From positions 16,918,711 to 16,982,710 of the forward strand of contig MU054187.1 of NCBI GenBank assembly GCA_013239625.1: a stretch of 64,000 nucleotides of DNA, read 5' to 3'. Shown here in pieces: positions 14,079 through 26,660 of this stretch. A program made the translations under genes and the position numbers. This DNA is from Lama guanicoe (Eukaryota). The notes below the pieces were generated by a model. The model saw nothing but the letters and a program-made list of their open reading frames with translations, was not told the DNA's origin and made no database searches. Every line of letters starts with the position of its first letter. Position 1 is the first letter of the stretch.

Positions 14079-15091
14079 GAACTCCAAACCAATCTCACCC
14101 ATAAAATCAAATTTGCAAAGACATTAAATAAAATCTAGCCAACATCACCCAGAAGTGTATTATTCAAGATTAAGTGGGCCTTATTTCATGTATGCGCCTG
14201 TCCTGCTAGCTCTTTGAAGCTACAGCATTTATAACATTGTAACTTTGAAGTACTATTTGGTGGCATTTGATGTTTTTGTCACTGGTGGTCATAGATGCCT
14301 GGAATGCCCATGTAACTGTTAGGTGTCTTAAATCACTGCTAGACATCACTAAATGACTCCATGGTGAATGGCTGCTTTTCCAATTCTTCTTTCAAGAAGT
14401 CTCAGGACTGTCCAGGATTATATCTTCCTTTGCATTCTATCTTACATATTGTTTTGTGTTTTTGTGAAGGAGTAGAGGTTTCCCTGGGCCAGAAATAATG
14501 CTTAGGTCCTTCAGTTCTACACTACTTACTTTTGTATGCAATGTATTTAACTAATTAGCATACAGTGGCCATTTTTCATTAAGTGCAATGTATACACTGG
14601 TAGTTTTGCATTAAAAATAAACTCGAACACAATATAATATCTAAACGTAACATTTTTCAAATTTTAAGAATACACAAGCGAAAAAAGCTGAATTCAATTA
14701 ATAGTTAAATCCAGAGTAAGATATATTCAAACTAGTGCATCTAGAGTGGAGATCTAACAACTTTCTCTCATTTCTCTCTTTTTCTGTCCTCTCTCATCTT
14801 CATCTATCTATCAAGTTTATCCATCTCTCTTTCTATAGGACTATTATCTAACCATTTCCTTGAAATTCCTTAAAATTCTACTCTCACGCAAGACTTAAAA
14901 AGGCTTTTAGGATAAGCTGTACATTCAGATTCCTTTCTGAGAGCAATGGACAGCATCTGATTATCCTGCTAATGGAGGTAAATGTCCAGATTAGGAGAAA
15001 AATACCCAAGCCTTGTATCAATGTATATCACAGTATAATACGAAGAGTATAATGCATGGCTTTTATCTGCATCTTCTGTTCTTACTGAAAG

Positions 15092-15690
15092 AAGGAATGA
15101 GACTAGACTAGGTGCTGGAGAAGGGCACTCAAAATACGGTGGTTTGCTCTGAGCTTTGCCTGGACTAGCATAAAGACGCCTGGATACTATGGGAGCCAAG
15201 GTGCTGAGAAAGCACCTCGTTAAAGCTAGGCTGCCTAGAGAGAGTGGAAGGAACACGGAGGCTGAGAGCAGTGCAGCAGCAAGTCCAGACTTACAGGAAT
15301 TTATCCACCTGAAGTCTGGAACAGTCGAACCAGCTTGAAGCCATCTATCACCATAGTGGTTAGCGGCCGCAGGGGCTGTTTGAATCCTAGGTTCCTGGAG
15401 AGACTACAATACCAGAGTGACTACATCACAGAGCTTCTGACCCTGAGATCCAGTAAGTAGATGTTCATAAAGCAAGGATCAAGAGGTTTGGTTCTCCCTG
15501 GGCACTCTGCTCTGAGGGTGAACAGGCATTCATTAGAGAGATAAGGCTCAAGTTGGAGAGATAGGTCTTAAGTATTAGCAAGAGCCTATCTGAGGCTTCC
15601 CAAAGCAAAACAGCAGGGCCCTCACCGCAGTGGAGAGGGCTCAGAGACGGCACGGCTGCGGCCAACATGCAAGGCTAGGGCCGAGGAGAA
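15092..15690 (+). pseudogene. Decayed exon block (one or two exons)
   Basis: Pyrimidine tract + AG at 15061-15091; purine-rich, higher-GC island. 15262-15345 reads LRAVQQQVQTYRNLST*SLEQSNQLEAI; GTAAGT donor at 15453; later IREIRLKLER*VL. Confidence 0.55.
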
Positions 15691-15874
15691 ATTTTATTAT
15701 AACTGACAGAGTCTCCAAGAAAAGCAAAATTTACTGGATGAGATGGTGTTAAACGCTCATTCTTCCTATTCCTAAATATTTAATGCAGTTTGGTTTTGAC
15801 TGATTTGAGTAATACTCTGTTTCTAGTATCGCTGAAGACTTCACATGCAAATTTTAAAGTTTATGTTTTCAAAA

Positions 15875-16040
15875 ACTTGAGAGCTGGAAAGGACTGTAGA
15901 GATAATATATTCTGTCATATACCCACAAAATCCACTCCCAGAAGAGAAATGTGACACTCAGGGAGATTCTCTAACTTGCCTAGAGTCATGAGCGGTAATG
16001 AAAGAATTAATATGCACATTGCTGATTCTTGGCACAGACT
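15875..16040 (-). mobile_element. MIR fragment
   Basis: gagctggaaaggactgtagagataat ... taacttgcctagagtcatgagc. Confidence 0.55.
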
Positions 16041-16772
16041 TACTTTCATTATGCAATATACAGTCTTTCTGCTAATAAAGGGTGTATTTGCTAAACAAAA
16101 CTTCTACTTTGTTCCATTTTTCAAAACATCCACCATAACTAGTGGGTCGCCACTTTAATTTTTCAGGAACACAAGTTTTTTAAAGACTAAAAAGAAGAAA
16201 CAGAAACTGCTTATGGATATAGCCCAAAGGTACTGACACATTCTTTATGGGGACATAAAAATATATATAATGCCACTATATATGTATTGTATATATAGGG
16301 GCATATCCATCTATTTTCTATCTATCCATCCAGATATAAATTGATAGATAGATATGGCTACATATAGCTTTATATATAAATAAATATATGTAAAGATATA
16401 TGCGTGCATACATGCATGCATACAGAGAGGGTTAATATCTAGCTAGTGCTTAAAGATGTAACTTAGGGACATATGGTTATCCCCTATTTCCTTTGAGCCA
16501 CTGACTATAGCCACCTTCACTTACTGGCTCGGCTGTTCCAATCCCATCCAGAGGGTGCTGTAAAAATCATACTACACCAGGAATGACATCACTTGGTATA
16601 ATCCTTTTGGGTCTCCAGTCTCAGGATTTCTTTAATGTCTACAATGAAAATCTTGGTCCCTGCCAGCTTATGGGTGAATCCATTCCAATTTTTAAAGAAA
16701 TCTACTTTTACTAAGAAATAAATGTGTAAATAAATAGAGATAGGTAGATGGGCAGTGAGCTTTTTTCCTAAG

Positions 16773-16963
16773 AACTTGAAAGAGCGGGATGCCTTTTGAT
16801 ACGTGAGACGAGGGAAGAATTGTCACAGAGGGGGCAGAATTTGCCATTTGCTAAGACTGATAAAGACATGGCATGGATTATAGTCCTCTCCGAGTAGGAT
16901 GATGGCTGAGAAGATGGCAGCCTTAGTGTCAACTCTGCCCCAGACTCTTCCATCTGAAAATAA
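16773..16963 (+). pseudogene. Decayed exon remnant
   Basis: Acceptor ttttttcctaag|; NLKERDA / frameshift / LIRETREELSQRGQNL ... MMAEKMAALVSTL; donor-like ATAAGT/GTAAAA at about 16960-16969. Confidence 0.5.
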
Positions 16964-17299
16964 GTAAAAATATAAGAATGGCACTTGACTCTGTCAAAAG
17001 TAATTTTTCTTGAATTATGATTTCTTTCTTAACAATCAAAAAGGAGACTGTTTTAGAATAGTCCATAGACTTCCCTTAATAGACTTATTTTATATTACAA
17101 AAAAGCATATTAAGGAGACATAAACACATGATTGCAGAGAAAATCTTTCCAAAGATACTGATATAAGAGCATAAGGAGAAAGTCACTTTTGGGGAACAAT
17201 GAGATTAAAATATATAGTAAGTTTTATACATGGTAGCTCTTTAAAAATTTTTAAAATTTCTTAAATTTAAATATATTTTAATGTAAAAATAATCACAGT

Positions 17300-17545
17300 A
17301 CAATAATATTAATAGATTTTATTAAGTGCTTACATTATCAGAAATGTAACAGATATAGTTTTAATCATAATAGCATCTCTATGAGATCCATATTATGTCC
17401 TTATTTTAAGGTGAGCAAATTGGGACTCAAAGAGGCTTAATGGTTTAATTAAGTTTACTATGCTAATAAGTAATGAAGCTTTGGTGGAAACTGAAATCAA
17501 CTTGGAAATCCTGTCCTGGGTTCCAGTTCAACGTGACATTATGTT
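17300..17545 (-). mobile_element. MIR SINE
   Basis: ttattaagtgcttac ... tccttattttaaggtgagcaaattgggactcaaagaggcttaa. Confidence 0.65.
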
Positions 17546-17979
17546 AACTTTTGGCATACATAATATTTTGACTACTTTATATAATGAGAAAAAAGCCACC
17601 AACACAGAAATGCCAGAGAGAATTAGTGCTGCTGTAGCTTCAGTCACATACTCTGCATATAAATAGCGAAGACTGTTTTTTGAAAAGACACAAAGAATAT
17701 CACTTTTGAATCTCTAATCAAGCCGGACTATGCGATTTTTTAAATTTTGCTTTTAAAGGACTTGTATGTTCTTTGTGATTAAATATGATCAATCATCATG
17801 ATTGTTCCTTAAAATTAAAGTAGACCTTGATTCTCCCAAAATTCACTGTGTGTTTACAAGAGAATATTGTAGATTGAAACTGTAACTACAGTTACTCGCT
17901 TAACCTACTCATTTTCCAAACTTCAGTAATTTATTGCTACATTTTTATTATGTAAAACTCCAAATTAGTGAGTTTATCA

Positions 17980-18185
17980 GTTTTTATGGTACAGCCTCTT
18001 TGCGGATATTGTCCTCCAAGTGTGGGGGTGAGGTGTGGATTTAACACATCACTGTCACAGTTGTTACTGCTGCTGAAGACTTCAGTACAGTCTAACATGC
18101 CTTTGTGAGCAACTCCGATGTGGCAGAGCAAGGGCCATGAAATAAAGAACAAATAACAGAGTCCCAGTCCTCAATGAAATAATGG
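17980..18185 (+). pseudogene. Possible decayed exon remnant
   Basis: Higher-GC island; ends with VAEQGP*NKEQITESQSSMK*; boundaries not resolvable. Confidence 0.25.
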
Positions 18186-18825
18186 CCTAATTCTAGCACA
18201 TTGTATGCAGTAGCAAGTACAGAAGGACACTTTTGAATCTCAAAAACCAAAAATGATCAGCTAAGCTCCCAATAATAAGACTGGCCGAAATTCTACTCTT
18301 CTGATTTTTTTTTTTAACACATTAAGCAGCAGCAGCTTCCAACTGGGGCCCTTTGTAAAATGAGATTTAGAGCAAACACCACTTCGCTCCCTACTTATGA
18401 TGGTAGGTACTCACCGCCCACACACAGTCTAGTATCTCTTGATTTTACCTTATTACCTTCAGTGTCTTCTGCTGACAGTCTAGTATTCCACTTGCAATCT
18501 TTTTGCTAACTGTCTATAGTCTAGTTTCCCTGATTCTGCTTTGCAGTACACAGAGCCAGCTGCCTAGAGTGCAGTATTCCCTGTGCCTCGGGACTCTTTG
18601 AATCATTCTTTGTCATTAAACACATTTCTATGTCTACTCATCTTCTGCCCCAAATCCCATTCACAATACAGTCACACTAAATATTAATAGCTAACAGTGT
18701 TATCGGGTTTTTGATAGTGATTGCATTTTTGGTTCTTAGGAAATCCTCCACTGTGCACAATTGTCTTCTCTCCATGCAAATGGGAAAAATCCAGTTCCAT
18801 TTAAAAAAAAAAAAGGAGAGATTTT

Positions 18826-19304
18826 CTTATTTATTTATTTATATTGATGCATAGCTGATTTACAACGCTCTGCTAGTTTCAGGTGTACAGCAAAGTGATT
18901 CACTTACATATATATATTCTTATATATAGACATATTCTTTTTTCAGATTCTCTTCCAGTATAAGTTATTACAAGATATTGAATGTAGATCCTTGAGTTAT
19001 ATAGTAGGTCCTTGTTTGTTATTTATTTTATATATAATAGTGTGTGCATGTTAATCTCAAACTTCTAATTTATCCTTTCCCCCCTTTCCCCTTTGGTAAC
19101 TGTAAGGTTTTTCTTTTTTGGTCAATGTGAGTCTATTTCTGTTTTGTAAATAAGTTCATTTGTATTTAAAATTCCACATATAAGTGATTTCACATGATAT
19201 TTATCTTTGACTTACTTCACTTAATATGATAATTTCTAGGTCCATCCGTGTTGCTGCAAGTGGTATTATTTCACTCTTTTTTACGGCTGAGTAATACTGC
19301 ATAG

Positions 19305-19342
<38 letters not shown>

Positions 19343-19376
19343 ATCTATTATCTATCTATCTCTCTCTCTCTTTCTC

Positions 19377-19411
<35 letters not shown>

Positions 19412-19678
19412 CCACATCTTCTTTATTTCTTTATCCGTTTATCTGTCAATGGACACTTAGGACGCTTCCATGTCTTGGCTATTGAAATAGTTCTTCTGTG
19501 AACATTGAAAGGCATGTATCTTTTGAATTAGCGTTGTTTTTTTTTTTTCTGGATACGTCCCCAGGAGTAGGATTGCTGGATTATACAGTAACTCTATTTT
19601 TAAGGAACCTCCATACTGTTCTCCATAGTGGCTGCACCAATATACATTCCCACCAGTGGTGTAGGGGGGTTCCTTTTG
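18826..19678 (-). mobile_element. 5'-truncated L1 (3' UTR), antisense
   Basis: gtttcaggtgtacagcaaagtgattca, attccacatataagtgat, ctaggtccatccgtgttgctgcaagtgg, aggaacctccatactgttctccatagtggctgcacca; flanked by gagatttt on both sides (probable TSD). Confidence 0.95.
19305..19412. repeat. Compound (TCTA)n/(TC)n microsatellite inside L1
   Basis: Direct reading. Confidence 0.95.
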
Positions 19679-20460
19679 GAGATTTTATTTTCTATTGCTA
19701 AGAAGGAATTATAATTATCACATAAAATAAGTGGATAGTAGAGAATTTACATCACAATGCCAAAATTTTAGAGGTGACTTATTTAGATGCATGGTTTGTA
19801 CTGATTTTTTGATTTACATTAAATACAGTGTTATCATTCTCAGGATTATATGATTTCTGTAATATAAACACATTTTAATTAAAAATAAGCTTATTAACCC
19901 ATTAATGGTTACCTAAAACCCAGTCACTCAAGAAAATAGCATGATATAGGAGGAAGAGCAAAAGACTTAGAGTTTACTTTCTTTATCTATAAAACGAGTG
20001 ACAATACTTTACAATTTACAGTAAGGACAAAATTAGGAAAATTCATATAAAATGCTTTTTTAAAATGCAATAACAGTTTTAACTTAGGTATGTAGCTGGT
20101 AATTAATTATAAAAATAAGACATCAAATAGACTATTTTGCAATAATTCTTATGAGAAGAGAAATATCTTAATTATATAAAACAAGTGTGTAGAAGTCCTG
20201 CTTTTAGACTTGTTGAAAAAATTTGATTGCTCCTTGATTCCCTAAGATGTCTAAACAGTATATGTGGAACTACCCCAGGGCTGAGATAATTGGTTTCACT
20301 CTGATATTCCTCAGTTTCTAAGTTATATTGGCTGTACTAACAGACAGACATGCCTGTTTATTTTTTTCTAAGTCTACAATAATGTTTAGAGATTATAATG
20401 AACAGACCATATCTGGTATCATGCACCTTAATTTCTCATTTTAACCATGATTTTTAAATG

Positions 20461-20726
20461 CAATGCAAACATCTCTGGAAGTTTGAGAATGTGAGTAGAT
20501 CACAGAGGAAGAAAAAGCTGAAATGGCTAATATACTTGACCAATATGTGGGGGAGAAAGCCGTTCTTGGAACTGAAAAGATCAAAAAGACCTTGTAGTCA
20601 CTGCATTTGGGTGTAATAGCTACCTAACAGAAACACAAAGTGGAACTTGCTCGGTTAGAACAGCAGATAACACAGCTTGAAAACGACTTTACAGCTGCCA
20701 GGAAACTTTGTTGTTAGAAAAATCAG
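20461..20726 (+). pseudogene. Decayed exon remnant (coiled coil)
   Basis: One frame from 20499: ITEEEKAEMANILDQYVGEKAVLGTEKIKKTL*SLHLGVIAT*QKHKVELARLEQQITQLENDFTAARKLCC*KNQ. Stops at 20595, 20625 and 20715 are each one C>T from Gln codons. Expected donor position reads CT, not GT. Confidence 0.75.
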
Positions 20727-21149
20727 CTACACCCTTGAGATTGTGAGACACGGAGAAACAGATATCTGGTAAAAAAAAAAAAATCACATTGCTATTGATA
20801 AGAAGAGGGAACTAAAAATGTATTACTTTGTACATTTTTTTCTGAATTATTAAGAAATATCTCTTTTACCATCAATTTTGTGAATCCATCTTTCTCTTGT
20901 TGTTTGTCTCTAAATTCATTATATACCTTAAGGGTCGGTAATAGAAATGCCATCAAGCTTCATTTAGATAGAGATTAAAACAAAATAAAAATGTAGTATT
21001 TATTAACTTATGCCTGTAGATGGCTTGAAGATAAATCTGCCAAAACTGTAAGTGTAAATTCTTCCCTATTCACTTCGTATTTCAGAGGCAAAGCAAAGGA
21101 CACATTTTTCCTAGTGGGAAAATGACACATGTCTGACAGGTGAAATTAA

Positions 21150-21290
21150 CACCATCTATCCAATTCAATTCACTAAGCGCTTATTGTATAGACAGCTAAA
21201 TATAGGACTCTGGGCTTAGATGCTGGCAACGCACAGATAGATACAGAGAGCAAGGTCCTGATGTCTATGGAGCTCATTTCCCAGTGGGAG
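21150..21290 (-). mobile_element. L2 3' fragment
   Basis: caattcactaagcgcttattg ... caaggtcctgatgtctatggagctcatttcccagtggg. Confidence 0.65.
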
Positions 21291-23089
21291 TTCATTGAGT
21301 GCACCACTGTGACACACAGGCACCTACTATGCACTTCACTGAAAAGTATATTCACTTTACAAAGTATGCAGTTCTAATTATTCATTAAGAGTTGGTTTCC
21401 TTTTAAAAAATTAGCATGAAAGTCAATTACCTGAAATCTAATCAGGAAATATCCATTCTCTACATCCCAGAATTTTCTTATTTCTGAATCTTTAAACATG
21501 TATACATAAAACATGAATAATGAATTCTACTACTTAGGATTTTTAAAGCTAATATTATATTATAACTTGTATAATATGTTTTCTTTAATCTGAATATTTG
21601 TACAGTCCGCTCAGAATGGGGTTATGAAAAAATTGGCCATTGAGAGTTCCAGGACTTGTAAATTTTCCATAGAAAAACCAACCAACCAACCAATATCACT
21701 TTTACATTTGTGAGAACTTTCAAAGTGATTCATTATACTGAATTGCTTAAAGAGTATTAGCAATAATAATACCAAATCATTCTTGTGTTGGGTTTATAAT
21801 TTAACAATCGGTTAGGAAAAAGCCATTTAGAATCAAATGAACCTAAATCCACACCTTTTACTAATAATGACAGAAGTAATGGAATGTTGAAATACCTATC
21901 CATAAGAAGATATCACACGCCATTTGCTAAGCTTTATACACCTGAGAAAATATGTTAATATAAATAGTTGTTGTGCTAAAATTACAGCCAAACATGTCTG
22001 CAGGTTTTAAGCTGTCTAAAGTAATTCTACATTCTCAATGAATAATGTTTAACATTTGAACCAAAAACAGTTCGGCACGAATAATTAAAGGCTTAAGTTA
22101 AATACATAGACAGTCATTTAAATTTAGATCTGCAATAACATTTACTATTATTCTCCAAGGCTTTGACTGCTTGACAGAAACAAAGTACTCTGGGATTAAT
22201 TTCAAGAAATGGTGCCAACTGTGCTGCAATTTGCTGTAATTAAGACATGAAAGAACACTAAATATTCAGATTAAAAGAAAGCATGATGGAGCATGATAGA
22301 GAGTCAAGGTGTGGCAGGGAGCCAATTAAAAAAAAAAAAAGCAGCCAGGAATACCATATCGATGGATATGAGAAGAGCACCAGGAAAGTTTGGTGAATTT
22401 TCTTTTAAGGAGGTACATTCATTTATCATCGTAGTCTTCACATATTTCATGTCTCTCCTCACTCAAATTTAAAGTTGAGACATGGTGTGTTAGAAAGATA
22501 GTAAAACCGAAAAAGAAAGTGACAAACATTGTGTTCTTATAAAGCTAATTAGTTTAAGTGGTGTGAAATCATTAGGAGGTACCATCATTATCTTTATGGT
22601 GAAGGGATTTCCCTGTGTGTCACATTAGTGTAGTTTGCTTTAGAGCTAAATGAAACAGCTATACATATAGGTGTTAATGCCAAGAGATTAAATGCACTTT
22701 TAGTATTCATTAAATTCTTCTTCACAGTTTAAAGAGAAAGAATTCATTTTGATCTAACTAGCTTCCTTTTTAATTCCCTAAGAATTATGGGAAATATTAT
22801 TCTTTTAGTCTTTGAACCTTTATGTACTGATTAACACTGCATTAGGCTAACCGTGGGTGAATCTTCCTTCCAACTGACTTTTTTTCTTTTTCTTTTTCTC
22901 CTCTTTTCTTTTTCTTTTTTTTTAAACAAAAATCCTTTTAAGGTTTTAATCCTAGAAAAGATGTGATACTTGACCCAGTTGCTAATGAGGGGTTTCATAA
23001 TCTGCAGTATCCTATAGCTCAAAATAGCAGGATGCAATATAAAAAGTCCATCATAAAAGGCACTATTGGAATGCTTTTTGTCTTCACAG

Positions 23090-23332
23090 GCAATACACAC
23101 AAAAAAATAGGACTTTCTAAGAAAGTCAGAAGCTGGTCTCCTGCAGGTGCACGAAGCCATCAAAGTCAAAGTGGGTAAGATGAGGTGCCTGGACAGTGTG
23201 GTCAAGAGACTGAAAGAAAATCCAGGATCTACAGGGAGAGAAGCATCGGAAAGAGCAATCTCCCCAGTCTGAGCCAGTCTGCAGCAGCCACATGCGGACC
23301 TGCAGAAACTGCGTCGAGCAGGGCTTTGTGAG
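23090..23332 (+). pseudogene. Decayed exon remnant (coiled coil)
   Basis: Acceptor ctttttgtcttcacag|, phase 0 (compatible with the previous exon). AIHTKK*DFLRKSEAGLLQVHEAIKVKVGKMRCLDSVVKRLKE / IQDLQGEKHRKEQ / LQQPHADLQKLRR, with two frameshifts. Donor GAG|GTGAAC. Confidence 0.75.
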
Positions 23333-24040
23333 GTGAACCAGTGTACCCCAAATTGTGAGCTTCACCAGAATGGGAATCACTTCTAGCCTGACAAGAGAGA
23401 ATTTCATGTTCTGGGTATATGATTAGAGGCTCAAAATAGAAAACGTGGCTCTTTTCAGGCTTTGAGGTAGACGCTGCGAAGAGTCAGCCTCTTCCGGAGA
23501 ACCATAAAAAACAAAACTGAGTTGTTTCTCTGCAGAAAATGTGTAATGTCTTTTGGATACAGACTTTATAGTTTAGCATTTTTCCTGATGTCGCAAATCT
23601 TCATTTGGAAAAAAAAAAGTTTGAAATAAATGGCTTGTGGTACAGTGTTCTTAAACAGTTCAAATTGATAGTCTAGAATCTTACCATTATAGCGGAAAAA
23701 AAAAAGTAATTGGATAGCAAAGTGTTTCACAGATGCTAGCATTTCCATAACTTAGATAAGACAGAAATAAACTCATAGTGTAAATAAGTAATCAATATTT
23801 CTTATAATCTGTGGTTCATAATACTCACACAACACGGAATCTCTAAAGTTAAAAGTCTGTATGTTTGTGAGGGTTTTTTTTCCTATATAAATAAATAGTA
23901 TGAGGCTATGAGCATTATCATCATTATTATTACCTTTAAGCTATTGTTTGACTAAACTTTGTGGTCTAATACTTTTATGAAATAAAATATGAATGAAGTC
24001 ATTGGGTACATAATAGACAGCCCCTTAATTTTTCCTTCCA

Positions 24041-26563
24041 CTATTCACAACGTTGCCAAATACGTGTTTCTGGATAAAAGCCCCTAGAGGTCTCCTGCAA
24101 ATTCTTTTTCAATACAACCAGATCATTGCAGATAATTGTATTACACAGTGTATCGATCCAAAATCGTTGTGCACCGGAAACATCTGAAAAAACATGATTA
24201 TAGCTTTCTGTTTATTGTTCGTACATCATATAAGCAGGCTTTTGTGTGAATCACCTGTAAAAAAGGCAAGGTGGAAACATCAGAGAAATTACCTCTTTAC
24301 AAGAATCTATTGATCACTTTAAATCAAAGAAGTATGTTTGACATAAGATTACCTGCCAGTTTGAACATTAGGTACACTATGTTATAGCCTGGGGCAGTTG
24401 TAAGTCTGACAAAGGGATTGTAAATAAAGCATGCAGCTGTGAGTGCCTCTGGCTTGGGATCAACTCAGGCTCAAGTCCAAGGCATAGGTAAACTTAAAAT
24501 AATTTACCCTTTTTTAACCAGCACATAATGAATTAGAGGAGACTCTTAGGAGTACCGCGAGGCATAAATCTCTTAGTCATTTCGAAATGGCAAACTTCAT
24601 AGAAAATTCACATCATACAGCGTTGCTAAAAGGTCTTTTTTGTGTATGGGCCACAAGTGGACTCAAGTAATCTCAAAGTCAGTCTATTGGTACAAGTAGG
24701 TTCTTCAAAAAAGAAACTTCCCGAAACTTTCTGATATTCATAGTCGTTCGTATGCGGTCTGATTGTCAAAATCCCTTCTTTTAACTTGAAGACCATTAAC
24801 CTCTCCATGTCAATGTCTGAAAATTCTCCTTAATCTCATTTAAAAAGTTTTGGTATTAGGTATTTTTCCATAAGAAATAGATATACTGGGAAAAGTGAAC
24901 AAGCAGATAAAATGAAAAATTGCACTTTATTTATGCAACTACATTAACCATGCTAAAAACATATCACTATAAAAATATTGATGGTTTTCACTTCATTACA
25001 TTTCTTACTGGTCAGCCGGGAAAGGCTACAGCGCCTTTACATATTTTAAGCTTGAAGAATTTCTTTTTTAATTCTGAAAGCAAACTTGTAAGTTCTTTAT
25101 TGGATTTCCCCCCCCTACATTTTAACATGTGTTGAAATTATTAAACATTTAACTCATTTGTTCAGTGAGATTTCGATGTATTTGGAATTTAATAAAGATG
25201 AGCTCTGGGTGATGCATTTTTCCTTGTTAAATATTTAGCTGTTTGCCTTAGCTCTGTGGTTTCCTGAGGCACAAATTTAAACTGTTAATATATAGCAGGT
25301 TTAAGCTATAAAAATAGTAGATGCTGTAATTTCTTCTGAGGCAAAACTGGTCATTTTGAATACTTGCAAGGAAACAAAGCAAACATGTATGCACATATTT
25401 ATTAAAAGATAAGCACTCAGCTGCTCAAAATCTATAAACAAAAAACGGAGAATCAGATATTCTTAGATCTAATTTATAAGGGAGATATCATTCAACTTCA
25501 AAGATGAGTGATAAATGCAGAATATTTATATAGAGTTTCTTCTTTATGGGATTGCCTGTAAAAGATACATCTGATGTAAGACTAATTAATACCTTGGTTT
25601 CCAACTTTATTGAAGCTTAATATAAACACCATTTTTTGGACATAAAAAGAGACTCATTAAAAGGGAAGATGACTTTTTAATAAAAATATGGCCTTCTCCA
25701 TTTCTATTTAGATTGATTTGAAGATCCTAAAATTACTTCTTTTTTAATTCATTTGGACTGCCAGATTGAAATGACTAATTTTCATAAAATACGATCTTCA
25801 ATGCAATGGATTATATAAAATCTAGTTATATTTAAGAATGCCTCCAAAATGTACTATACAGCATAATGTATATAAATATATACCCAAACCTGTGATTAAA
25901 AATAAAATTAAAAGCCTGATAACATTTACAGTTTATGACATGTTATTGAGGCAATTGGGAAAAAAAGACCAGATAAACACTTTTATAAAGTGGAAATATT
26001 CAAACAAAATATACAGATATATGTCTCTAGGAATACAGTCAACAAAGAACAAAGGAAAAATGTCTTTGTCTTAAATCACTTATTTTTTGAGAGCTTGAAG
26101 CATACGGCCTGAGTCCGCTTTGGTCTAATGAAAGAGTGCCATCTATTGGATGACCTTGAAAGTGTTTAAATTTCATAAATAATATACATGAAAATACATC
26201 AGTGGAGAGCCAACATTTTGGCATAATTTATAATATACCAGTCTTTGTCTATGTGAATATATTTACATATGTCTGAGACCTAGACTAAAGAAAGAACAAG
26301 AATACTACATAATAACGTTTTTCTTTTATAATACATTATGTAGCAGCAGAATTCGCACAAATAAACTCAGGGAACTGCTCCGATTAAGACATCTAACTTT
26401 TGGATTCAAACGTTTTATAAACTTGAGATTACTGACACGCACCTTGTATTTCTTCATTCATACCTTTGTTTTCTTGTGCTTTCGATAGAGGAATCCGAAA
26501 ATTTGAATGCAGGAGCTTGTGTTTGGACAAGAAGGATCTGTTTAAATCTTTCTCAAAGTTGCA
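24041..26563 (-). pseudogene. Candidate antisense multi-exon coding remnant of unknown family, nested in an intron of the + strand pseudogene
   Basis: Five exon-shaped minus-strand segments (26563-26443, 26154-~26080, 25114-25009, 24885-24508, 24183-24041), mostly with acceptor/donor signals; two junctions are phase-compatible; CpG retained locally. No recognised homologue. Confidence 0.35.
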
Positions 26564-26660
26564 CTGCATAACATTTAAACCAAAAACAAAAGAAAAAAAC
26601 ACACACACGCACACATTAGCTTGGTTTTTTAAAAGGCAATGTTCTTGTTTTATCTTTCAG

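Larger units (their letters stand above)
10700..14190 (+). mobile_element. Old L1M ORF2 5' (endonuclease) region, interrupted by younger inserts
   Basis: taaatgtaaacgggctta (NVNGL), ggagattctaat (GDFN-like), resuming after 13420 (ttttatgaaggtggcaaaatgttaacaccaaac, accaatctcac). Confidence 0.65.

Noticed and set aside
14200..14450. Minus-strand ERRIGKAA peptide resembling an RTE-clade LINE motif
   Set aside because: Single short motif; insufficient to call without a profile search.
22831..23407. 124-aa and 93-aa minus-strand ORFs
   Set aside because: Antisense shadows of the + strand fossil exon plus a T-rich low-complexity tract; no independent support.
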